Positions 10,485 through 20,024 of a stretch of 64,000 nucleotides of DNA are shown here, piece by piece. Source of the DNA: Leptonemataceae bacterium (GTDB lineage: Bacteria > Spirochaetota > Leptospiria > Leptospirales > Leptonemataceae). Where the stretch lies: assembly GCA_965227295.1 (NCBI GenBank), contig OZ245742.1, positions 5,874,551 to 5,938,550 of the forward strand, given 5' to 3'. Every line of letters begins with the position of its first letter. Position 1 is the stretch's first letter. The notes under the pieces are model-generated. The model was not told where the DNA came from and did not search any database. It worked only from the letters and a program-made list of their open reading frames with translations. The translations under genes and the position numbers were made by a program.

Positions 10485-10571
10485 GGCAGGAAAACTGCAG
10501 CGCCACCATTTGCCCGCATAGGATTTTTTAGATGACAACGTCCCCGGCGATGCGGTAGGGTCGGGGCCTGC

Positions 10572-11054
10572 ATGGCCGAAGTAGAACGCATCAACCTGGC
10601 GGAATTCTACAAGCGCTTCGCCGTTAATGCCGCACGCAAGAAGCTGTACCGTAAGTTCGTGGCGGAGCTCGCCATGCTGCGCCGCCAGAGCGAAGAGATC
10701 CGCATCGTCGTCTTCGGCAGCTACGTTACCGATAAAGAAACGCCGGGCGACATCGACGTGCTCGCTTCGATCATTGTGGACGACGACAACTTCCTGGACC
10801 TGGTGCAGAACGGCGTGCGCCAGCGCTTCCCCGACGCGGTGGACTTTCACATGCATCGCGCGAGTCGTTTCCTGAAAACCGGCGAGAAGCTCGTCGAGAA
10901 CTTCAATGAGTTTTCGTTGAATCGCGAGAAGGGCATCCGCATCGAAACCGGCGGCGCCGTGGAAATCGTAGATGCCGGCCTTGTGAAGTTACGCAATCGC
11001 GACGGCGAACCGGTGCCGCCGGCTCCCCCGTCCGATATCGACGGCCCGGCCTGA
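10572..11054 (+). CDS. Pol-beta superfamily nucleotidyltransferase-domain protein
   Basis: VFGSYVTDKETPGDIDV (GS...DxD). Confidence 0.7.
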   Translation: MAEVERINLAEFYKRFAVNAARKKLYRKFVAELAMLRRQSEEIRIVVFGSYVTDKETPGDIDVLASIIVDDDNFLDLVQNGVRQRFPDAVDFHMHRASRFLKTGEKLVENFNEFSLNREKGIRIETGGAVEIVDAGLVKLRNRDGEPVPPAPPSDIDGPA

Positions 11055-11181
11055 GCCGTGTCCCGTCGCCTTCCATCGGCTGGAACGCCGTCCGACTCTT
11101 CGGCGACGATGACCGTGCGGCCCGGTACCGCATTGACACGCAGGTCGCCCCGCGTTATGAATGCAGTGAGGAACGCGCCGA

Positions 11182-11922
11182 ATGTATGATCGATTCATGA
11201 TACCCTCCGTGTTTGCGTGCGTCGCGGCCGCCATGCTGGCCGTACTCGGATCATCACCGGCGCTGGCCGGTCCCGGTGACGGCTATGAAGAACTGCGCAC
11301 CTGTCAGAACCGCGAGTACATCCGCTCCGTCGCCTCGCACGAGTCGAAGCAAAACTCCGACGCCGCCGAGGTGAAACAACGTTACACGAACGTACCGGCG
11401 GCCAACGTGGTGTACTCGGTCAGCATGGAACGGCTGATCGTACTGGAGATGGAAAACATCGAGCAGAGCCTGAAGACCATCGCCGAAAAGTACGCCGAAC
11501 TTCAAGAAGTTACGGGACGCCGCCCTTCGCCGTACACCATGGTCCTGGAAAAATTTCCAGGGGTGTGGCGCGACGGCCAGTTCGTGCGCGCCGAGAAGGC
11601 CATGCATCTGCACTTCGACGAAGCCGGCCAGGTTACCTGCGTGGTCCTCGAAGCCATGAACGTTCCGGTGAATCTGCCCGCCCACTGGACGCGTAAGTAC
11701 ATCCGCCTGTATCTTCCCCACGTGCGCATCCTCGAAATGGAAACCTTCCGCAAGAACTACCGCCTCTACAATACCCTGAACGAGGCGTCCATCGCCCACC
11801 GCCTGGACGGACTCCGGGTGATGAACGAACACGTGCGCACAGTGGTCTATCGCATGGACATGGAAATCGCTTCGTTTTACGATCGGCGTGAAAACCGGGC
11901 CGGCTGGCAGACCGACATCTAA
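11182..11922 (+). CDS. Hypothetical exported protein
   Basis: Signal peptide ending SPALA; coding-like composition. Confidence 0.65.
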   Translation: MYDRFMIPSVFACVAAAMLAVLGSSPALAGPGDGYEELRTCQNREYIRSVASHESKQNSDAAEVKQRYTNVPAANVVYSVSMERLIVLEMENIEQSLKTIAEKYAELQEVTGRRPSPYTMVLEKFPGVWRDGQFVRAEKAMHLHFDEAGQVTCVVLEAMNVPVNLPAHWTRKYIRLYLPHVRILEMETFRKNYRLYNTLNEASIAHRLDGLRVMNEHVRTVVYRMDMEIASFYDRRENRAGWQTDI

Positions 11923-12030
11923 GCGGCAAACCGATCTTCGATTTTACGCGTGAATGAAACACGCGCCCATTCCGCGATTTCGAGTGGACAGCTTCCCGGT
12001 GGTCGGATGTGATCGTGCGCAGCATTCATC

Positions 12031-12630
12031 TTGCGGAGGATTCCTTTGAAACGTTTCTGTGTTTTTCTTGTATGTGCAAGCCTGAGTATGTTCGCGGCCT
12101 GCGGCGACGGCGGTTCCGGCATCAGCATGTACGTAACGGCGAAGTCCGGCCTGTTGATTCGCGCGGACGCCAACACCAACGCCTCGAAGCTCGGCCTGGC
12201 ACCCTACGGAGCGCGCGTCGAGGTCCTGGAACAATCGGACCAGACCATGACCATCGGCGGTAAGACCGGTCACTGGACCCGCGTGAACTACGAGGGCACC
12301 GAGGGCTGGTCCTTCGGCGGATTTCTATCGGCTACGCCGCCGGAAGAAAACAGCGGGCTCTCCGAAGCCGAGGCGCGGGCGTTCTTGATGAAGCCGGAGT
12401 ACGGCTGGGTGCAACAGGGTGAGCAATTCTACATCGCGTTCTTTCCCGACGGACGTCTGTCCATCCAGGGCGACGACGGGGAAGCCACGATGTGGGAAGG
12501 CACCTGGAAGCTCAACGGCAACAAAGTGACGATGATCTGCCAGGACATCAACATGAACGAAACCCACGAAGTGAAGAAGGACGGCCACACGCTCATCCTC
12601 GGTAACAAAAAATACGACATGTCGTCGTAA
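12031..12630 (+). CDS. SH3b-domain lipoprotein
   Basis: Lipobox FAAC; YVTAKSGL.IR...W.RVNY.G.EGW.FGGFL. Confidence 0.8.
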   Translation: MRRIPLKRFCVFLVCASLSMFAACGDGGSGISMYVTAKSGLLIRADANTNASKLGLAPYGARVEVLEQSDQTMTIGGKTGHWTRVNYEGTEGWSFGGFLSATPPEENSGLSEAEARAFLMKPEYGWVQQGEQFYIAFFPDGRLSIQGDDGEATMWEGTWKLNGNKVTMICQDINMNETHEVKKDGHTLILGNKKYDMSS

Positions 12631-12745
12631 GTTGAAATTCGCGCGGGGCAGCACGCGGCTCCCGAATCCAGCGCGAATTTTTTCAACCTCTGTGTCGATT
12701 TGTGCTCCTGTGGTTTGCCTTCGCCGTAGACCAACCACAGGAGCA
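12631..12745. terminator. Two consecutive hairpins after the SH3 gene
   Basis: GTTGAAATTCGCGC...GCGCGAATTTTTTCAAC, then TGCTCCTGTGGTT (12703-12715) with AACCACAGGAGCA (12733-12745). Confidence 0.5.
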
Positions 12746-12976
12746 TTTCATGCGCATCTTACTCAAAAAGCTCGACGACAATCGCACGGAATTCGAATCA
12801 AAACGATAGTTTGACTAAACTATATTGTGTAATCAACGGCAAAATGTCATTAGTGGTGCGCCGTTTAAAATAGACCCCAAATAAAAAGTGCTCGACAGCC
12901 TCCACTCCCCTCTCCTTGCTCAAACATTGCTAATTATTAGTGATCTACACTTAGTAGTCACAATTAAGGAGAACGC

Positions 12977-15358
12977 ATGAGGCATTTCTTAGTCGCATTC
13001 CTCGCGGCGACGCTAACCATAGTGACAACGGCGTGCGCAGACGGTTCCGGCAACGCCGACGACGGCAGCGCCGTGCTGCTCGCTCTGGCGGCGGCGGACC
13101 GCACTCCTCCCGTGGACCTGAGTCCGCTGATGGACCCGAACGCTGCGCCGGTAGCCCCGCGCTCGACTCCGCCCGCCGTCTGGATTCACAGCCCGCCGAG
13201 CGGTTCGTCGTTTCTGAACCTGAACCCCATCTACATCATTTTCACGGAGAGCATGGACCCGGCAACGCTCTCCCTCGGCGGCACCATGGCGTCCCAGGCT
13301 TCGGCTTTGTGGTATCCGTATCAGTTTGCGGATCAGTACCTGATACTCCTGCCCACGAGCGGCTGGCCCGTCGGCCCCGGGCAAACCCTCACGATTGACG
13401 CGGACGACCTCAGCGGCGATCCCCTGCCTACCTTCTCGCTGACCTATACCATTACGCAGGATACGACGGCGCCGACGCTATCCTCGGTTACGCCGACCGA
13501 CGGGGCAAGCATCTGGGACGTTACGGAAATTCGTTTCGTTTTTGATGAAACCCTGAACAGCGCGGTCGCCCCGACCTTCGGCGGCAGCATGGCTTCCCAG
13601 GTCAACGGCTATCAGTACAGCTCCACGAACATCGGCGGCGACACGCTGATCGTGCAAACGAAGACCACCGCCGTACCCGGCGGGCGCTGGACCGCCGGTA
13701 CGGCGCGCACCCTCGACGTAACCGTGGAGGATCCCTCCGGTAACTCCACGACCACCAGCGGCATCGACTTCGATATCTCCGCGATCAGCACCGGCATTGT
13801 CTACGTGTCTACCTCCGGCAACGACGCGAACGCCGGAACCGCCGACGCTCCTAAACTTACGGTGGGCGCAGGTTACTCTGCAGTGCAACAGTTAATGGGT
13901 ACGGGCCGGGTGCACGTCGCGGCGGGCTCGTACACCGAGAATCTCTGGCCGCAAACGGAGGGCATCTCGCTCTACGGCGGCTACTCGGCGGCGAGCTGGG
14001 CGATCCGCGATCCGGCTGTGCACGTTACGACTTTGAACGCGGCCACTTCGACGCAACCGGCCATCTGGATGAGCGGCTATTCCACCACCATCACCAATGC
14101 CACCGTGATCGACGGTTTCACACTCAGCGGCGACAAAGGTTTGATCGTCCAGTACGCCTCGCCGACGATTTCCAACAACGTCATCAACTCCACTACCTGG
14201 CTCGCGCTGTTGGTGGGCAACCACGGTAGCCCCGTCATTACGAACAACGTGATCAACGCCCCGCACCAGACCGGTACGCCGAACGGCAGCCAGGGCGTTG
14301 ACATTCAACTGCTCGATACGGGCACGGCATCGAATGTAACGTTCACGAACAACACGGTCAACCCGGGCAGTTGCGTTTCGCCGTGCACGGCCACGGCGGT
14401 ACGCGTGACGATCGCCAACGGTTCAGCCACGATTTCCGGAAACACGATGACGGCCGGCGCCGCGCGGGATACGCGCGGTTTGCTCATTTCGAACAAGGCC
14501 GCCTACACCGTGACGAACAACGTCATCAGCGCCGGCGGGGCCACCCGGGATACGAAGGGCCTCTACTACCAGGGCGGCGTCGGCTCGACGATTACGATTC
14601 GGGATAACGTCATCGACGGCAGCGACGCACTCTGGGCCATGGGCCTCGACCTGGAACACAACGGCACAGCGATCGTGGAACGCAATACGGTTTACGCGCG
14701 CAGCAACGGCAGCAGCGTTAGCGGAAGTATTTCCACGAGCCACGCCTTGCACGGCAGCATTGACGCGATGACGATTCGCAACAACGTGTTCATCGGCGGG
14801 ATCGGTTTCCACAACACCACGGTATCCTTCGGCGGCACCGGCAGCCGCGATCTATTGAACAATACGATCATCGGCGGTACGGGCTCGCATAACATCAATG
14901 TGGCGTTGATCATCGGCGGCGCGGCCGGCCGGATCGAAAACAATATCGTGATCGATACCGGCAACCGCATGAGCGGGGGCGCAACGTGCATTCAGGGCGA
15001 TATGAACAGCGCGGCCCCGGTGTTTACGCTGAAGAACAACGACATCTTCGGGCCGTGTACCAACCTGGTGTACGACAGCGACGGCGGCTGCGGCGGCGGA
15101 AACTACTGCAATCTGACGCAGTTGAATTCCCTCGGAGCGAACTTTGGCGGCAACGTCGAGACGGATCCTCTGTTCACCGACGCCGACGGCGCCGACAACG
15201 ATGTCTCCACGCCGGCGGACAACGTTTATACGCTGTCGTCTTCCACGCCGGTATCGGTCTACGAGGGCGGTCTTGACCTTTCGCTCGAGTTCACGACGGA
15301 CCGGCTGAATGTCACGCGGACGAGTGACTGGTCCATGGGCGCCTACGAAAAAGACTGA
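12977..15358 (+). CDS. Surface lipoprotein with two Ig-like (Big_5) domains and a right-handed beta-helix
   Basis: AAGGAG RBS, lipobox TTAC, FTESMDP, DTTAP, YVSTSGND.N.GT...P, repeated I.NN.I motifs, GAYE end. Confidence 0.8.
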   Translation: MRHFLVAFLAATLTIVTTACADGSGNADDGSAVLLALAAADRTPPVDLSPLMDPNAAPVAPRSTPPAVWIHSPPSGSSFLNLNPIYIIFTESMDPATLSLGGTMASQASALWYPYQFADQYLILLPTSGWPVGPGQTLTIDADDLSGDPLPTFSLTYTITQDTTAPTLSSVTPTDGASIWDVTEIRFVFDETLNSAVAPTFGGSMASQVNGYQYSSTNIGGDTLIVQTKTTAVPGGRWTAGTARTLDVTVEDPSGNSTTTSGIDFDISAISTGIVYVSTSGNDANAGTADAPKLTVGAGYSAVQQLMGTGRVHVAAGSYTENLWPQTEGISLYGGYSAASWAIRDPAVHVTTLNAATSTQPAIWMSGYSTTITNATVIDGFTLSGDKGLIVQYASPTISNNVINSTTWLALLVGNHGSPVITNNVINAPHQTGTPNGSQGVDIQLLDTGTASNVTFTNNTVNPGSCVSPCTATAVRVTIANGSATISGNTMTAGAARDTRGLLISNKAAYTVTNNVISAGGATRDTKGLYYQGGVGSTITIRDNVIDGSDALWAMGLDLEHNGTAIVERNTVYARSNGSSVSGSISTSHALHGSIDAMTIRNNVFIGGIGFHNTTVSFGGTGSRDLLNNTIIGGTGSHNINVALIIGGAAGRIENNIVIDTGNRMSGGATCIQGDMNSAAPVFTLKNNDIFGPCTNLVYDSDGGCGGGNYCNLTQLNSLGANFGGNVETDPLFTDADGADNDVSTPADNVYTLSSSTPVSVYEGGLDLSLEFTTDRLNVTRTSDWSMGAYEKD

Positions 15359-15477
15359 GGCCCTCACATCAGCCGGCCTTTCCCGGGCCGGCCGATGTTC
15401 AGTCGATCGGGCCAATCGTGTGTTTCCTGTCGCCGGCAGCCTGTTTGGCCCGGTCACTCGATGAGACGGGAGCCAGG

Positions 15478-16011
15478 TCAACGCATGAGAAAGTATGCAG
15501 CAACGAGAATCGTGCAGGCCCAGGTCACGCCGGTGAATACGATCTTCAGCGCGTAACGCAGCCGCGCGAACACGATCGCCCGCACGACAATCTTACGATC
15601 GAGCGTTTGTGTGGGGAACATGGCCAGGTTCTGCAGGCCGCGCAACCAGCGATGACGGCTGCGGGTCCACACCTGAATGAGCGGTTTCAGAAAGCCCGGA
15701 TCATCGTAAGCGCCCTTAAAGCGCAGTACGTCGGGATCATGAGGACTGCTGTGATAGATGCGATTGCCGCAATGCGGACAGAGATAACAATCGACGGTGT
15801 TGCCGCTTTCGGCGCCGCGTTGAAAGTGTTTCAGCTCGCCGTCGATGCGAACGTCCTCGGCGCGCACGTACGACGTGATGCTGAACGCGCTGCTGCTTAA
15901 CTTCTGGCAGTCCTTGCAGTGACAGACGGCGGTGAAGTACGGTTCTCGTTCTAAGGTATAACGGACATTGCCGCACTGACAGCTTCCGGTGATCATGGGC
16001 ATTGCTAGCAC
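15478..16011 (-). CDS. GFA (CENP-V) family Zn protein with a C-terminal TM helix
   Basis: GSCQCG, CHCKDCQK, CPHCG. Confidence 0.88.
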   Translation of the reverse strand: MLAMPMITGSCQCGNVRYTLEREPYFTAVCHCKDCQKLSSSAFSITSYVRAEDVRIDGELKHFQRGAESGNTVDCYLCPHCGNRIYHSSPHDPDVLRFKGAYDDPGFLKPLIQVWTRSRHRWLRGLQNLAMFPTQTLDRKIVVRAIVFARLRYALKIVFTGVTWACTILVAAYFLMR

Positions 16012-16049
16012 CGAATTAGCAGTTTGTCGCTTGTTTTTCGAGGCGCGGC

Positions 16050-16700
16050 AACGGCCGCAGGCCGCAAGCGCAGCGAGCCGCGCGAAGAGATCGTAGCAGA
16101 AACCAGGGGCTGACTAAAAAGGCCGCTCAGGGATGACGGAGCGGCCGCAGACTATCAATTCTTGCGTTAGTGATTGGAAGGGTCGCGCGAAGCGCGAGTC
16201 ACCGCGAAGCGGGTGCAGCTCTCGGCCCTCCTGGCCTTCGCTGCATAAAGCCCTCCGTGGCTAAAACCGAAGCCGACGGCACGGAATCGGCGTAGCCGAT
16301 TCCTCACCCGACGACGCGAAGGCGCGTCGCTATCTTCAAGCCCTGGGCCGCTCTCGGACATCCTGTCCTTCGCGGCATAAGACCATCCATGGCCAAAAAA
16401 GCGCGACCAATTCCGCCCCGCTTGTCGGGGCGGAATTCCTTCTCTTCCCCACCGAGCGCGAAGCGCGGTGGGGAACGCCCATACAAGAATTACTTTACTG
16501 TAAGTTAACGTTGCGATTTTTGGCTTAAAATTACGATGGAATTAAAGCGAGATTTTTTGGGCGCCTCGCCGCTTACGCGGCGACCGGGCTTTCCAGGGCT
16601 CCGCGCTACGCGCTTCGGTCCTCCGCTACGCTCCGGACTCGCGGCTGCGCCACGACCCTTCCAATCCCTGGCGCGAAGAGCTGCAAGTTCGACGATGTCA
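16050..16700. repeat. Cluster of REP-like palindromic repeats
   Basis: Repeated CGCGAAGCGCG/CGCTACGCG units; near-direct repeat at ~16217-16267 and ~16350-16400; 16589-16680 matches 17500-17580 and, inverted, 17605-17700. Confidence 0.7.
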
Positions 16701-16811
16701 CTTTTTGATGGCGACATCGTCGCCCGCGACTTATTGGTCATCCCCGTACGAACACAGGGTCTCAATCGTGCAGTGACGCGGACAGGAAGTCCGCGTCACT
16801 GCACACCTATA

Positions 16812-17348
16812 TTAGTTCACAATAAACTCGTTGAAGTAGACTTCGGTGATCTTGCCTTCCGAGAGCACGTGATTCACCGACGCCTTGATCTCTTCGCGCA
16901 GCTCCAGGCGATCCTGCACCGAAGACAGGCCGTCTTTCGTTTTGCCCATGAGAATGAGGTTGATGATGTTCCGCAATTGGGGCATACGATCGGCGAGTTC
17001 GGCGGACAGGGCCGGGTTGCCTTTGTCGAAGCCGAGGGAGAGTCGCATCTTAATGAAGTGCGGGTCGCCGCGGTCGGCGGTGTTCACGCGAAAGTCCTCG
17101 GGAAAGTTGAACGTCTCCGGCGGCGGCGGCGGTTTGACCACGGCGATGGAGGCCACCTCGCGGTATTGTTGCGCCGCGGCCTGCTGGGCCACGAAGTAAC
17201 TGATGACCGCCATCAGTACGAGTCCCACGGCGCCCAGGGCGACGTAGATTAAGATCTTTACGATTTTGTTTAGTCCGGATGATGCTGAGGGCTCAAAGCC
17301 CCCACCCCCGGAGTCGTCGTCTTCTACTAAATCTTCTTCATCTGCCAT
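16812..17348 (-). CDS. fliL: Flagellar basal body-associated protein FliL
   Basis: N-terminal TM, F.VN.AD, EVYFNEFIVN end; lies downstream of motB. Confidence 0.9.
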   Translation of the reverse strand: MADEEDLVEDDDSGGGGFEPSASSGLNKIVKILIYVALGAVGLVLMAVISYFVAQQAAAQQYREVASIAVVKPPPPPETFNFPEDFRVNTADRGDPHFIKMRLSLGFDKGNPALSAELADRMPQLRNIINLILMGKTKDGLSSVQDRLELREEIKASVNHVLSEGKITEVYFNEFIVN

Positions 17349-17459
17349 TGTGTTGCTCCAGGACGCAGCACGCCCTGTTTAGTTTATCGATGGTTTCGGC
17401 AAATGGCTGAAGATTTCTTTGGGGCGGAGGAGGATGGTACGGTCACAAGAAATTTTTGG

Positions 17460-17790
17460 GCGTCTGCCCGGCCGCGCCGCGGTTGCGGCCGGGCACCGCG
17501 CTTTCCGGGGCTCCGCCTTGAGGCTTCGGTCCTCCGCTTCGCTCCGGACGCGCGCTAACGCGCGCCCCCTCCAATCGCTGACGCAAGAGACATCAATGCA
17601 CAACTCTTTCGCGCCAGGGATGCGCAGGGTCGCGGCGTAGCCGCGAGTCCGGAGCGCGAAGCGCGGAGGACCGAAGCGCGAAGCGCGGAGGACCGAAGCG
17701 ACAGCGGACGCCGGCGCAGCCCCGCTTGTCGGGGCTGCGCCAGTTGGTTCCCCACCGAGCAGCCCGACCGCCGCAACGCGGCGGGGGCGC
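17460..17790. repeat. REP-like palindromic cluster between motB and fliL
   Basis: GCTTCGGTCCTCCGC and inverse GCGGAGGACCGAAGC (two tandem copies); CCCGCTTGTCGGGGC shared with ~16417. Confidence 0.7.
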
Positions 17791-17845
17791 CCAAAATAAA
17801 TCTATCGCACTATTATGCGGGGCGGAGCGAGTGTGGATTCGCGCA

Positions 17846-18685
17846 TCACTGCTGATCCGGCACCAGCGATTCGCTGCCCGGCACGCGTGTATCCGGCAGG
17901 CGGTTCGAAGGTTCGTCGGCGCCGCGCTTCGCTTCTTTGAGCGGCTGCAGCACGATGTCGATGCGCCGGTTGTGCGCCGCGGCTTCCGGCGTGCCCTCAT
18001 CTTCCAGCACGGCCAGGGGACGATACTCGCCGAAGCTGACGGCCTGGATGGTATCGGGGGGCACGCCCTGGTTACTCAAGAACGTGGCCGTTTGCACGGC
18101 GCGGGCGCCGGCCAGGTCCCAGGAGTTGGCGTAGATGCGTTCGTCGCGCGCCGACGTGGGTGAGCCCTGGAGAACCTGATCTTCGCCGCGGGACGAGTGC
18201 CCCTCGACACGGACGAAACGATTGAGATCGCGGGTGAGCGCGGCGACGCGCACGAGAACACGCTCGGCGCTTTCGGTAAGGATGGCGCTGCCTTCTTGAA
18301 AATAATCCGCGCTGATGAGGCTGATCACTAAGCCGCGTTCATCTTCAGTTACGCGCACCTGTTTGGCTTTGATCTCCGGCTTGAAGACGCTCTGGGCCTG
18401 TTGTTTGGCCCGGCTGAGCGAACGACCGGTGGTCTGAGACGGCAACGACTCGACGTTCATGCCCATCTCTTCGAGGCGACCGCGACTTAAGGTCTGACCG
18501 CCGGTGAAGAATCCCAACGAGTTGTTGAAGGCCGAAAGGATGAGCTGGATTTCGACGGGTGTGGCCTTGCCGGTGGTAAAGAGCATGACGAACAGACACA
18601 AGAGCAACGTCACCATGTCCCCGTAGGTAACCATCCATTGCGGGGCCCCTTCTTCGCAGGGAGGACACTTCTTATCGTCTGCCAT
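17846..18685 (-). CDS. motB: Flagellar stator MotB
   Basis: WMVTYGDMVTLLLCLFVML; OmpA-like domain with NRRIDIV. Confidence 0.95.
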   Translation of the reverse strand: MADDKKCPPCEEGAPQWMVTYGDMVTLLLCLFVMLFTTGKATPVEIQLILSAFNNSLGFFTGGQTLSRGRLEEMGMNVESLPSQTTGRSLSRAKQQAQSVFKPEIKAKQVRVTEDERGLVISLISADYFQEGSAILTESAERVLVRVAALTRDLNRFVRVEGHSSRGEDQVLQGSPTSARDERIYANSWDLAGARAVQTATFLSNQGVPPDTIQAVSFGEYRPLAVLEDEGTPEAAAHNRRIDIVLQPLKEAKRGADEPSNRLPDTRVPGSESLVPDQQ

Positions 18686-18686
18686 A

Positions 18687-19469
18687 TTAGCCGCCCACGT
18701 CTTCGAGAGCCCCGCGTTCCGACGGCGGCAGGAAGGACGACAGTTTGTCTTTCACGATCCGCGGGTTATCGCCGGACTGAATCGAGAGAATGCCCTCGAT
18801 CATGATGGATTTCACGGTCATCTCTTCGTCGCTGCGCAGTTGTAGTTTGCGGGCAACGGGAATTGCAAACAAGTTCGCGCCCAGCGAGCCGTAGAGCGTG
18901 GTAATGAGGGCCGCGGCCATACCGGCACCGATGGCGGCCGGGTCGCCGGAGCCCAGGTTCTTGAGCATTTGGATGAGGCCGATGAGCGTGCCCACCATAC
19001 CGAAGGCCGGGAAGAAGGTTCCCAGGTCGTTCCAGAACTTGATGCCGTCGGCGTGGCGTTCGCCGATGTTGTTCATGTCCGTCTGCAAAATGTTGCGCAC
19101 GAGTTCCGGGTCCGTGCCGTCCACCACGAGCTGAATGCCCTTACGCAAGAACGGCTCGTCCAGGTTTACGAGATCGTCCTCGAGGGAGAGCAGACCTTCA
19201 CGGCGAGCGCGCTCGGAGAAGTTCACGAGAGTGAGGATGAGATTGCCGACGTCCGAAAAGCGCGGGGAGAACGCGAACTTGGTGTAGTTCGGAAAGTTCA
19301 TGAGCCGCGCCATGGGCGAGGAGATGACCGCCGCCGCCGCGCCGCCCCCGAACGTGATGAACAGCGACGGGACGTTGAAGATGTCGAGGGGCGACAGGCC
19401 GGCCGTGATCGTGCCGAACATGACCAGGCCGAAGCCGACGACCAATCCACCTACTGTTGCTAAATCCAT
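18687..19469 (-). CDS. motA: Flagellar stator MotA
   Basis: ARREGLLSLE, PAFGMVGTLIGLI, ALITTLYG. Confidence 0.95.
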   Translation of the reverse strand: MDLATVGGLVVGFGLVMFGTITAGLSPLDIFNVPSLFITFGGGAAAAVISSPMARLMNFPNYTKFAFSPRFSDVGNLILTLVNFSERARREGLLSLEDDLVNLDEPFLRKGIQLVVDGTDPELVRNILQTDMNNIGERHADGIKFWNDLGTFFPAFGMVGTLIGLIQMLKNLGSGDPAAIGAGMAAALITTLYGSLGANLFAIPVARKLQLRSDEEMTVKSIMIEGILSIQSGDNPRIVKDKLSSFLPPSERGALEDVGG

Positions 19470-19502
19470 ACGTGCTTTTCGTATTCCGCGGTCGGCCCGG
19501 CG

Positions 19503-19724
19503 CTACGGGCTTTCTCTGGTTATCGACCCGCTTTGCTGGTTGTATGTCAAAATTTTTTGCTCGTACTCCACGATCCGGTCGATGATCTCGTCGGGGCTTT
19601 CCTTCACGGTGTAGCGGCGTTCGTTCGTGAGGACGATCATGGTATCCGGCACGCGTTCTACGGTTTCGATGAGCCGGTGATTTAAGTAGAACTCTTCGCC
19701 TTTTAATCTGTGCAGCAGGATCAT
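19503..19724 (-). CDS. flbD: Flagellar FlbD family protein
   Basis: MILLHRLKG..F.LN..LIE.VE..PDT.I.L pattern upstream of motA. Confidence 0.88.
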   Translation of the reverse strand: MILLHRLKGEEFYLNHRLIETVERVPDTMIVLTNERRYTVKESPDEIIDRIVEYEQKILTYNQQSGSITRESP

Positions 19725-20024
19725 ACGTGTTTACGCGCTTTGCGCGTCGTCCGGCGCGGACTCGCGGTCCTCCGCCACCCCCGGCTGCCCTGCACGGAAC
19801 CGGCTGCGCCGACGGATCACGGAATCGCAAGACGCCCTGCTATCTTATGGAAGATGATCCAGCGTGTACAGGTTTTTTCGGCCCTGGTACGGTCCGGCTT
19901 TGATTTTTTCCACCTGACGTTTCCGGTCTTTCCGGCGACGGCGTCCCGGCGAATTGCTGGACGCGGGATCATCTTATAGAAGATTATCCGACGCGTATCG
20001 CTTCCGCGCTGACTCGGGCCCATC

